Made by a program: the position numbers and the translations under genes. A stretch of 51,079 bases of DNA. Origin: a virus. Its lineage: Duplodnaviria > Caudoviricetes. Of this stretch, positions 1 to 8,520 are shown piece by piece. Location: positions 1-51,079 of the IMG/VR virus record IMGVR_UViG_3300006893_000011; one strand, given 5' to 3'. The notes under the pieces were generated by a model that made no database searches, was not told the origin of the DNA, and saw nothing but the letters and a program-made list of their open reading frames with translations. How positions within the stretch are numbered: the first letter of the stretch is position 1; each line of letters opens with the position of its first letter.

Positions 1-311
1 AGGATGGGAAACGAAGAAAGGGGGTGTTTGGGAATAAGAATGGCAAGCGCCGAATTTTTTGGTGGCGCCCCCCCCCCCCCCCCCCCCCCTACCGGTGCGA
101 CCCCGAGGATGTCGCGGTTCCGCCTATAAAAAAGGGCGCTCCCGGTTCGGCACCAGACCCAGTCAACGCATTGTCATACGACAAATGCCGAACGCCGCGG
201 ACGGTGAGATGATCTTGCCTCTCACAACATCAACAGAAATATATTCAGGATAGGTTTGACTCGGAGCGACGTAACCAAACAATTTCTGCATCGAATAATC
301 CCTGGCAGAAT

Positions 312-345
312 GGCCGCACCTTTCGGGGTGCGGCCTCTTTTTTTT
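312..345 (+). terminator. Rho-independent terminator
   Basis: Stem GGCCGCACC/GGTGCGGCC with a TTCG loop, followed by TCTTTTTTTT. Confidence 0.75.
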
Positions 346-468
346 GATTCAGAGGCCATCTCTCTCCCGTCGCGTTGTTTGCCTTGGCCTCTGTCTGCCG
401 CCCACAGCCGCTTTCAATGCCGAAACCGTATATTTTGAAACGTCAGCAGTTCAGCGCGCCTGCCGCGA

Positions 469-693
469 TCATTTTGTGATCCTGGTTGCGTCGTTGTATG
501 CCTCCTCCGCTGTCTCGAATGGGCCACGGAAGTTTATGGCCAGGAAAGAAACCTTGGGGCGCCAGTAGTAGCCGGCGACCGCGCAATATCGCGCGGTCGC
601 CGGAACCCAAAATATTTCGAACTGATTTTGCGGCAGATCATGGTAGCCGATCAGATTATCCCGTCGTGGCACTTGCATGCTCATGAATTCCAC
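469..693 (-). CDS. small phage hypothetical protein
   Basis: Last gene of the co-oriented leftward operon; no motif recognised. Confidence 0.45.
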   Translation of the reverse strand: MEFMSMQVPRRDNLIGYHDLPQNQFEIFWVPATARYCAVAGYYWRPKVSFLAINFRGPFETAEEAYNDATRITK

Positions 694-745
694 CTGCGTT
701 GCGAGGTAGCCAACTGGTGTAGATTAACACCAGTCGCTTTCGGAG

Positions 746-964
746 TCAAATTGGCGGCTCCGGCAATAACATCCAGTGCGTAGGTTCATCGCCCCGCACC
801 TGTGCGTACTGCGACCGCTCATTCGTGCCCGAGTAGTACCAACACCGTTCTTGGACGTACCACTTTCCGAATCTGATCCACTTCTTTTCTGCGTGCCCTA
901 ATATCAGAGTCGGACCACATACCTTGAATGTGTCTCGCGGCGCCATTTCTATTGGCTGCCACAT
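746..964 (-). CDS. DUF551-like phage protein
   Basis: N-terminal WQPIEMAPRD and C-terminal PTHWMLLPEPP are typical of DUF551-type phage proteins. Confidence 0.7.
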   Translation of the reverse strand: MWQPIEMAPRDTFKVCGPTLILGHAEKKWIRFGKWYVQERCWYYSGTNERSQYAQVRGDEPTHWMLLPEPPI

Positions 965-966
965 TC

Positions 967-1257
967 TTAGCACCCAACATCATCTACAATCGGCATACCG
1001 TCGAAGTCACGCGGTGCGCCCATTTCTTGGATGAACTTTTCCAGATCGAACTGGCGCGGATCGCTGGTCGCCGTCGTGTTAGTGTGCGGGTGCAGCTTCT
1101 CCAGAAGTCCATTGATCCGCCGGTCCAAATATCTGAGACGATCGGCCGCTTCGTGACAGACAGCAGCCAGAGTTTCCCCTGGCTTGCCATCATCATTGTC
1201 AATCGCGGTGGCGTTGACGCTGGCGAGAATTTGCGCGAGCCGCTCAGTCATCCGCAT
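967..1257 (-). CDS. phage hypothetical protein
   Basis: Tightly packed in the leftward operon. Confidence 0.55.
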   Translation of the reverse strand: MRMTERLAQILASVNATAIDNDDGKPGETLAAVCHEAADRLRYLDRRINGLLEKLHPHTNTTATSDPRQFDLEKFIQEMGAPRDFDGMPIVDDVGC

Positions 1258-1299
1258 CTAATTTCCCCTGTAATATCTGCGCGGCGGTTTCCAGCCTTT

Positions 1300-1551
1300 C
1301 TACGCGCTTCCCTTATCTGGTGCCTTCTTATTTCCAATCCGACATGCCCATCCTCCGTATTGAAAGTTCTTGTGCAAATCAGAATGCTCCTGCCAGTATT
1401 TGAGGGCGGAGACTTGGCCCTCGACTCCCATGCAGCCGGCCATAGTCAAATCAGCTTGCGTGCTGTCGATGATAGGCAGCTTGGTGCAAGTTCCGTGATT
1501 ATCTGCCTGAACACAGACAATCAGATACAGCGCGATGAAGCCGCCCATCAT
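1300..1551 (-). CDS. small secreted or membrane-anchored Cys-containing protein
   Basis: Hydrophobic N-terminus, several Cys, ATGA overlap with the upstream gene. Confidence 0.6.
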   Translation of the reverse strand: MMGGFIALYLIVCVQADNHGTCTKLPIIDSTQADLTMAGCMGVEGQVSALKYWQEHSDLHKNFQYGGWACRIGNKKAPDKGSA

Positions 1552-1787
1552 GCCGCTCCTGTTGCTTTTGCGATTGAGGTTCGAGCTGCGGGTAGCAATC
1601 TGGCGAGACCCATCGCTAGGCTCTCTGGTTTATCCGAACCATTAGGATCGTCGCAGAACTCGACTATTGCGCTTATCGCCTCCAGCAAATCCGTGTTGAT
1701 GCTCTTGAGGCGAGTGATCTCAGCCTCCCCGCGCTCAACCGTATCCCACAAGTTTGGATATGCTCGCCGATCTCTTCCCCTGATCAT
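1548..1787 (-). CDS. phage hypothetical protein
   Basis: Translationally coupled; LLEA...ARTSIAKATG ending typical of small phage proteins. Confidence 0.6.
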   Translation of the reverse strand: MIRGRDRRAYPNLWDTVERGEAEITRLKSINTDLLEAISAIVEFCDDPNGSDKPESLAMGLARLLPAARTSIAKATGAA

Positions 1788-1936
1788 GCTTCTTCACCTG
1801 TAGCTTTAGCGATGACGGCACGGGCTTTATCGAGCGCGGCGCTGTGCCAGCCGCATCAGCCGTTCGATTTCGGCTTTTAACTCACGTCTTGCACAGACCT
1901 CCGGGTGACAAAGATCGTCGTCGTCGCTCATTCCCC

Positions 1937-2401
1937 TCACGGCATTACCGTCAAGCTGACTTGCGCCAAACCGTCGACGCCAAGTGCTTTTGCGGCGCCG
2001 AGTGACAGATCGATGATCCTGCCGGCAATATACGGACCGCGATCATTTATGCGGACGATCACGGATCGGCCGTTGGCAGTCACGCGAACACGAGTTCCGA
2101 ACGGCAAGGTCCGGTGCGCCGCGGTCATGCCTAGAGGGTTAAAATGCTCCCCATTGGCGGTCTGCTGACCACTGGAATAGAACGAGGCGATACCGGCCAG
2201 CGCATGCGGCCCCGTATAAGCCCCAGGATCGCTTTTTACCCGCTTGTGCGGGTATGGTAGCCTGTCGCCCTTAAAAGCGCTCCAGGAGCCTCCGCTGGCT
2301 GCCTGGCGGTGGCTATATCGTGGATAGTAGCCCTTAGCTTCTGCGGATGAGGCAAAAGCGAGCGTTACGGCACAAATCGCCGCAAGTGAGGACAATTTCA
2401 T
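1937..2401 (-). CDS. rlpA: RlpA-like (double-psi beta-barrel) lytic transglycosylase with signal peptide
   Basis: Motifs [34 protein letters not shown] and RIIDLS; N-terminal signal peptide. Confidence 0.9.
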   Translation of the reverse strand: MKLSSLAAICAVTLAFASSAEAKGYYPRYSHRQAASGGSWSAFKGDRLPYPHKRVKSDPGAYTGPHALAGIASFYSSGQQTANGEHFNPLGMTAAHRTLPFGTRVRVTANGRSVIVRINDRGPYIAGRIIDLSLGAAKALGVDGLAQVSLTVMP

Positions 2402-2482
2402 ATCGTCTCCGTGGCAGGGTTTCGCCGCGCGGGTAGGCTCCCGCTTAGATGGTACGGTTAATAGCGGAGAGTCGCGGAGGGG

Positions 2483-2800
2483 TCAAGGGGCGATGTGGCT
2501 GTGGATCAGGATAGTTACTGCGACCGCGGCGGCGCCAACAGCCACCATGCCGGCCAAGATAGCCCAAGCGCGCGCCAACCGCGCCCCGCGCCGCTCGGCA
2601 CGAACCATGCGGTTCAGCTCGCCGTTGATATCAGTCTTCTCGGTCAGCGAGAGCCGAGCGAAATCATCGAAGGTGTGCGTCTTGTCATCGATCAATGGCC
2701 GGTTCGGGAATTTAAGCGGCATCGGCTCGGCGCCGAGGCCGGGATGCTTTTCGATCATGTCAGGCTGCCTTCTTTCGTTTCGGTTCCCGAGCGGGAACAT
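2483..2800 (-). CDS. hypothetical membrane protein
   Basis: C-terminal hydrophobic helix; start codon uncertain. Confidence 0.5.
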   Translation of the reverse strand: MFPLGNRNERRQPDMIEKHPGLGAEPMPLKFPNRPLIDDKTHTFDDFARLSLTEKTDINGELNRMVRAERRGARLARAWAILAGMVAVGAAAVAVTILIHSHIAP

Positions 2801-3194
2801 TTGGCTTCTTTTTAGGTGCTTTGCCGGGTTTTGTGCCCGAGCGGGAACTGATAGGAACGTTGGCTATCGGAATGCAACGATGCCTGATACCGACTAAAGC
2901 GATCATGGCATTGCAGTGCTCACAGCGCTCGGTCATCGGGTATATTTCTCCAAATTTGTGCAATATGGAACAGACTCGGGTATTCCGCTAAGGCTAAACT
3001 ACCCGCATGAAAAAGCATTTTAGGGTAGAGCGCCATTCCCCTAAAGAATGGCGAATCGTCAATTCCCGTATCGGGCATGGTCTCATATTTCCTACCAGGT
3101 CAACGGCGCGTAAAAGTGCCAGAAAGCTGAATGACGAATTCAAGCGCTGGGTGGATAATGGCATGCGTACTAATCCGTTTCACTAGTGGCGATG

Positions 3195-3413
3195 TCATGA
3201 CTTGATCGCTTCGTCTGTCCACTTCCGGCTCTCGTCGTCGAGCAGTTCCAATTCTTCCCACTCCTTAGCGGTAATGAACGGCGACTCTGGACGTCGCCAT
3301 TCATTTAGAATGAAAGTCACACCCTCACAGTGACCTACATGGCTGATGTACTTCATAAGCAGCTCGCGATAATCAATTGGCATGGATCGCCTCATCGGAT
3401 AGCTTTCCGACAA
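3195..3413 (-). CDS. phage hypothetical protein
   Basis: Coupled to the methyltransferase gene. Confidence 0.55.
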   Translation of the reverse strand: MSESYPMRRSMPIDYRELLMKYISHVGHCEGVTFILNEWRRPESPFITAKEWEELELLDDESRKWTDEAIKS

Positions 3414-3990
3414 TTTCTCGCCCGATCTTACGAAGAGTCAATTTTGAGTCTGCAATTACGTTGAATCGTTCTTTCATGGCGGCGGCAATATATTCTAACT
3501 GGACGTCATCCTTTTCCGCCGTCGCTCTCATATATTTTTGCGACCACTCGTAGGTTAGAATCTCTTTTACCTCAACCAATTCAAAATCTATATTGTGATA
3601 TAGACCCAGCGGAGTATTAGGCCAGCCCTTCTTAGCGCAATCACGATTGAATGTTTGCGAAAACAGCGACATGACGTTAGCGTTGATTATTCTGACGTGT
3701 GTAGGGTCGCCCAAGAAACCATCGCTTCGAGCATGGGGGACCGTGATGTGGACTAGGCCGCCATTACACAAGACTCGATACATATCCCGCATGATCTCAA
3801 TAAAGCCAGCAGTGGTCTCCCCTAAGTGCTCCAAGACATGGTAGGCCTGAATTTCAGTCACGCTTTCGTCGTTCCAGGGCCACGGATGCAGATCCAGATC
3901 AACCACCTGATCCGGCGAACATTCCTTGAATTTGTCGACGTTGATATAGTCGGGAAGGCGGTTGAAGCCGCACCCTAGATTAAGCCGCAT
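3373..3990 (-). CDS. class I SAM-dependent methyltransferase (Methyltransf_11-like)
   Basis: RLNLGCG SAM-binding motif, HVLEHL, YRVLCNGG, DPTH. Confidence 0.85.
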   Translation of the reverse strand: MRLNLGCGFNRLPDYINVDKFKECSPDQVVDLDLHPWPWNDESVTEIQAYHVLEHLGETTAGFIEIMRDMYRVLCNGGLVHITVPHARSDGFLGDPTHVRIINANVMSLFSQTFNRDCAKKGWPNTPLGLYHNIDFELVEVKEILTYEWSQKYMRATAEKDDVQLEYIAAAMKERFNVIADSKLTLRKIGREIVGKLSDEAIHAN

Positions 3991-4008
3991 GTTTAGGTCC
4001 TTTAATGA

Positions 4009-4338
4009 TCATGCCGTCACTTTCTGCTCAAACTCGCCGCACCAATCTATTGCCCCGGTAATCGGCCACGAGAATTGATGGGCGGCCGGCTTCGGAGCAT
4101 AACGACGGCATATTCCGCCACGACTTGGATACAGCTCCCAAAAGCGGCAGTTACCGCATGCCGGCATCACGGCACGGACATGCTCCTCTGCGATCTCGGC
4201 GATGCGCTCCGGCAACGGAATGTGAATGGTGGCCTCCTCGGCCGCAGTATCCAATGGCTCACCGAGCTTGGCTTTTGGCTCATGATTGCCATCACAGCCG
4301 ATCTGTCCGCACCAGCACATCACTCCTCTCCGGGGCAT
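4009..4338 (-). CDS. Cys-rich phage protein
   Basis: CGNCRFW...GICRRYAP...WPIT...DWCGEF pattern common in phage small proteins. Confidence 0.6.
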   Translation of the reverse strand: MPRRGVMCWCGQIGCDGNHEPKAKLGEPLDTAAEEATIHIPLPERIAEIAEEHVRAVMPACGNCRFWELYPSRGGICRRYAPKPAAHQFSWPITGAIDWCGEFEQKVTA

Positions 4339-4724
4339 GGAGCCCAGTGCGTCGGATTAGCAACGGCGTGATTGTTCCAAGTCAGCCGCCAATGTCCGCT
4401 GCAATACCAGCAGACCTGTGGTCCAGTCCCGCCGTACCAGAGCAGGACCTCGCGGCCGTCCTTCATCATCTCCGGCATCGACTCTATGGTGAACCGTGCC
4501 GTCCGTACCAGATCATCCTTCACGATCTTGTAGCCGCGCTCATGTAAGAATTTGGAGACAGCAGCCATCTGAGCTTCCAGCATAACAAGCCGATCGCAGG
4601 CATTCGCGCTGACGTGGATGACATCAGTGTTGATAGAACTGACCTTGCGCTCCAACTTGTCGAGCCGACACAGAATCTCCTCATTGATCATAACGCGCTC
4701 AAATAAGCGTTTCGCATTGGGCAT
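4320..4724 (-). CDS. hypothetical protein with DUF551-like C-terminus
   Basis: KDGREVLLW...NPTHWAP. Confidence 0.55.
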   Translation of the reverse strand: MPNAKRLFERVMINEEILCRLDKLERKVSSINTDVIHVSANACDRLVMLEAQMAAVSKFLHERGYKIVKDDLVRTARFTIESMPEMMKDGREVLLWYGGTGPQVCWYCSGHWRLTWNNHAVANPTHWAPCPGEE

Positions 4725-4936
4725 TATGCTGCCTCTCTGACGAAATGACGTTTGATCAAGTTCCAGTTTGGTGCTTCGTTCTTGTCCGCTGGAACGTGGA
4801 TCAGCCCGCCCCATATACCGCCGATGTGCTTCACGACCAGCGCCAACTCATAAGTGGTGATGTCCCGTTGTGGTTTGTAGCACCAGATTTCCATATCGAT
4901 CTGACGCTCAAACCTACTGAGCGAAAACAGACCCAT
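4724..4936 (-). CDS. phage hypothetical protein
   Basis: TAATG coupling at both ends. Confidence 0.6.
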   Translation of the reverse strand: MGLFSLSRFERQIDMEIWCYKPQRDITTYELALVVKHIGGIWGGLIHVPADKNEAPNWNLIKRHFVREAA

Positions 4937-5235
4937 TATGCTGCCTCCTTGTAATCATTCCGCCTTGGCGGCTTCCGTTTGAATTGCTGCCGTTCAATTT
5001 CTGGACCGGTGATCTGATTCATTTCGCCGGTTGCATGTAGCTGCGGTAGCATTCTGTCAGCGGCAGCTTCGTAACGATCCCAGCAATCCTCGGCAAGACG
5101 CCGACGAGCACTGAGTTTCCATTTCGGTGTAAACCGGGTGTTGGCAGTACCGCCCCTAGATTCGGCGAACCAGTGTTCAGCACGCTTCCACATCAGCTTG
5201 AGGGTTTGCCATTCGATTTCGACTCGATCGGTCAT
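4936..5235 (-). CDS. phage hypothetical protein
   Basis: Coupled gene ending in -EAA. Confidence 0.6.
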   Translation of the reverse strand: MTDRVEIEWQTLKLMWKRAEHWFAESRGGTANTRFTPKWKLSARRRLAEDCWDRYEAAADRMLPQLHATGEMNQITGPEIERQQFKRKPPRRNDYKEAA

Positions 5236-5941
5236 AACGACACCAGTCGATAGGTCCGCGGCTTGATGCTGCGGGAGTGGACAATCGTGAGCCCGAGGCG
5301 TTCCAGCGTATCTCTCAGGTGCGACAGGCTATTGGAAAGACTGACAGCGCATGTTGCGGGGCCGCAACGCCCCCAGACAGCCTTGCGCAAAGCGAAGACA
5401 TCGACGCCGTCTTGCGCTTTATGCAGGGCAGAAAAAAATCATGAATTCGCTAGGACTTAAACGTTCGGCCTTATTGCCGCGGATGACGACGTTGTTAGAT
5501 ATCCTCATAGGCCCACACCAGGCCAAGCATCACGGTCAAAACGAGCAATCCAACAAAAATCACGATTTGCACCCTATCGCTCAGATACACTCTGTCGGCG
5601 GACATTTCATAATGCACATCCGGAGATCGCGATCCCAGACTTCCCAGTCCTGGCAATGATGACTGGTCACAAGCGCGAGACCTAGCGCCACAATGAACAT
5701 TGTGATGCCGAACGCGATGATGCCGACTTTGTCATGCGGCCTTTGTTTCTCGGTCGTCATGCGATCACCGTGTTGCCGTGTGCGCCCTGAGTAACGGTGA
5801 AGTCACCGGCCAGGATGCGGCCGAAGGAGACCTGACGTTGTAGCCGCCAGGGCGGCTCGACTTTGAAAGCCTTAGCGATCAGAGCGAGCGATGCCTTGTC
5901 GAAGGCGCGGTAATCACCCTCATGTTGCATCCAGAGCGCGT

Positions 5942-6268
5942 TCAGCTCCTCAATGAGACCGTTTTCGACCATCGCGACCTCTGTCCAAGTTTGCCGAAGT
6001 TATCATTATTTGCCGGCTCGACATTGAAGCCGATCAGTTTGTCCTCCTCGATGCGGGGCATGATGTCATAGACTGCGCCTTGAACGAGGTCGCCGACTTT
6101 AGCCAGGCGATCAGCAAAATAAACCGGAAGGCCATTGATGGTCTGGATTGGGATGACATCTGTCGGAATATCAAGGAAATAGGTAGATTCGATCTTGTCC
6201 CATGTATTAGAGACGGGCACAGCAACAACCGCAGCGGCTCCAGCAATAAAGGCGCGACGTGTGGTCAT
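5942..6268 (-). CDS. hypothetical protein with twin-arginine-like N-terminus
   Basis: MTTRRAFIAGAAAVVA resembles a Tat signal. Confidence 0.5.
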   Translation of the reverse strand: MTTRRAFIAGAAAVVAVPVSNTWDKIESTYFLDIPTDVIPIQTINGLPVYFADRLAKVGDLVQGAVYDIMPRIEEDKLIGFNVEPANNDNFGKLGQRSRWSKTVSLRS

Positions 6269-6660
6269 TCCAACTCGCCTCCATCGACAAGATTGATCCA
6301 AGTCTCGGTACAATCTTCCGGAAACTGTCCGCAGGAACAGTGACGCTCATGCTCCAAAATCTTCGGCAGCCGGTTCTGAACGAAGTCGTTCATGCGGACG
6401 GCCTTCCAGATATAGCCGAAGACCGCAATGGCGCGCGCCATTGCGGCATCCATGTGATAGACAAAGTCGCCGTTTGCATTTTTGGTCGATCCACATTCAC
6501 CGACGACCAGAAATTGCTCGCCGCGCTTGACATGCCAGCACGAAAAGTCACCGTCGCAGTCCTCGACCTGAATCTCAAAACCCTTATATTTCGCAGTGGC
6601 GAATTCGATGTCGCGTGTCGAGCGATAGCGCCATTCGAGTTTGATTTCTTCGGTCATGGC
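6265..6660 (-). CDS. phage hypothetical protein
   Basis: ATGA-coupled in the leftward operon. Confidence 0.55.
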   Translation of the reverse strand, partial: AMTEEIKLEWRYRSTRDIEFATAKYKGFEIQVEDCDGDFSCWHVKRGEQFLVVGECGSTKNANGDFVYHMDAAMARAIAVFGYIWKAVRMNDFVQNRLPKILEHERHCSCGQFPEDCTETWINLVDGGELE

Positions 6661-7553
6661 ATCGCCCGCAAAACGAAGTGAGCAAAAGCGCCGACAAGAA
6701 GCCCACCAAGAAGCCCACCAAGAAGCCAAACCCACCGAAATCGAACCCACCATTCAGGATTCGGCTTAGCCTCTCGCCCAAACGTCCAATCAACGTCGCA
6801 ATTTGGCCAGTGACGCTTCATTTCCCATCCCCATAACGCCAGTTGCCGATGGTAATGCCGATCAGAATGACCAGGAAGACGATTCCGCAGACAGTGCCGG
6901 CGATCATCGCAGCAGCCTTTCCAGATCGCGCTGCTCGTCGGCCTGATAGGCGGCGACGAATAGAAAAACGACCCAAGACACCGGGCCACAGAGAACAGCA
7001 AACGGCAGAAACAGATAATGGACCCAGAAATCCAGGCGACGACTTACAAGACCGTCGAACAGCCAATAGGCGAGGCCGGCCGCGAACCATGAAACCCATA
7101 ACCAATTGTCGATCAGCCAGACAATCATCGCGTCACCATCACCCCGGCCGCCCGAACCAGAACGGGAAAACATGAGGATTGAAATAGAGCAAAAGCGGAA
7201 CCGCGATAATGATAGGTACGGTTACAGCGAGAATCGCCTGCAATACGAATCGATCAGCTTCCTCATGACAAGCGTGCTCACCAGGACATGGCGTAACAAA
7301 ACTGCAAAGGGCGCGAGCTGCGGCTTCAATTTGCTTCGGCGTAATCATAATTGAAAGTCCTTGATGATGCGCTCAAGATGTTGCATGCGATGCGCTCTGG
7401 TCTCCTTTGGAGCATTCCAAACAAGCCACAGCAGCAACAGAGACACGAGCAGCGCGAAACCGGCAACGATCCAGGTTACGACCTTGTCGTCCGCGCCCAT
7501 GTCTGGAAATAGTCCTGTGGTAGGAGGAGCGCGTGTTTCCCCCCGCGCTTAAT

Positions 7554-7585
7554 TCGGATAATAGCGGATAAAAGAGGAATGTCAA
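7554..7585 (-). promoter_or_regulatory. sigma70-type promoter with overlapping GCGGRTA direct-repeat operator, driving the far-left operon
   Basis: Minus strand TTGACA-16 nt-TATTAT; TCGGATA-ATA-GCGGATA at 7554-7570. Confidence 0.6.
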
Positions 7586-7686
7586 GCAGCCGTGAATGAA
7601 TTTACGACGTTGCGCAAAGATTTCGTTGACAGGGAATTCCAATGGGGTTATTGTTTGCGAAACTTACTTGCGGAACGGAGGCAAAA

Positions 7687-8229
7687 ATGGCTATCGTTGG
7701 ATATGCGCGGGTATCGACCCAAGGCCAAGACTTAACGGCACAGCTCGAAGCCCTCAAGGCCGCCGGCGCCGAGGCGATCTATCGCGAGAAGATCAGCGGC
7801 GCTCGTGCTGATCGCCCACAGCTTGCCAGGCTTATGGCATCGCTAAAGTCAGGCGATATCGTCGTGGTGACGAAGTTGGACCGCTTGGGCCGGTCGACTC
7901 GCGAACTGCTCGAACTCATCGAACGAATCGGCAAGGTCGGCGCCGCGTTCCGGTCGCTCGGCGATCCTCTCTGGGATACCTCCAGCAGCCAGGGTCGGTT
8001 GCTCTCGACGCTGCTCGCCGCCATAGCCGACTTCGAGCGCGATCTGATCCGTGAACGCACGGGCGCCGGGCGCGAGCGCGCCATGGCGGCTGGTGTCAAG
8101 TTCGGTCGCAAGCGGAAGCTGTCAGACTACCAGCGCATCGAGGCCATCAAGCGCCGCGGTGACGGCGAGACACTGGTGGCGATCGCCAAGAGCTACGGCG
8201 TGCATATTGCGATGATTTCGCGGCTGTGA
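7687..8229 (+). CDS. serine recombinase (resolvase/invertase family) with C-terminal HTH
   Basis: GYARVST catalytic Ser, EKISG, VTKLDRLGRS, FERDLIRERT, GVKFGRK. Confidence 0.95.
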   Translation: MAIVGYARVSTQGQDLTAQLEALKAAGAEAIYREKISGARADRPQLARLMASLKSGDIVVVTKLDRLGRSTRELLELIERIGKVGAAFRSLGDPLWDTSSSQGRLLSTLLAAIADFERDLIRERTGAGRERAMAAGVKFGRKRKLSDYQRIEAIKRRGDGETLVAIAKSYGVHIAMISRL

Positions 8230-8237
8230 CGGCCTCA

Positions 8238-8520
8238 GAACGGAGACGGAACATCTATGATACTTTTTGTGATACCGCCGATGTCGCCGTTCGCGCTTAG
8301 TTCGCTTGTGTCGTTCACGTTCTATTCAATGTTGAAAAGCTAAATGATTTTGAAATATAAGATATTTCTGGTTAGGAGAGGTGGCCGAGTGGCTGAAGGC
8401 GGCGGTTTGCTAAATCAGCACATGAAGTACCTTTTGATACTGCGATAATGCTTATAAAATAATGACTTCTTGGCTATTTTGACAAATACACTTGTCATGC
8501 TGTGATATTATTTTTGATAC
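8238..8520. other. attP region: tRNA-Ser core flanked by TGATAC arm-type repeats
   Basis: Paired TGATA(C/T) 12 bp apart at 8258/8270 and 8503/8515, plus one at 8435, on both sides of a tRNA fragment directly downstream of the integrase. Confidence 0.75.
8375..8414 (+). tRNA. 5' half of tRNA-Ser(GCT); att core, not a complete tRNA
   Basis: GGAGAGGTGGCCGAGTGGCTGAAGGCGGCGGTTTGCTAAA gives the acceptor 5' strand, D arm, anticodon stem 5' strand and TTGCTAA loop; tRNA similarity stops just after the loop. Confidence 0.85.

Noticed and set aside
24-253. Poly-proline ORFs
   Set aside because: They are translations of the 22-C homopolymer; no RBS or other support.
928-1803. 291-aa plus-strand ORF
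   Set aside because: Antisense shadow of four tightly packed minus-strand genes; no motifs.
6695-6728. 12-bp tandem repeat CAAGAAGCCCAC
   Set aside because: Encodes LLGG repeats in a small membrane peptide; simple slippage.
8375-8460. Complete tRNA-Ser gene
   Set aside because: Anticodon stem 3' strand, variable arm, T arm and acceptor 3' strand are absent.
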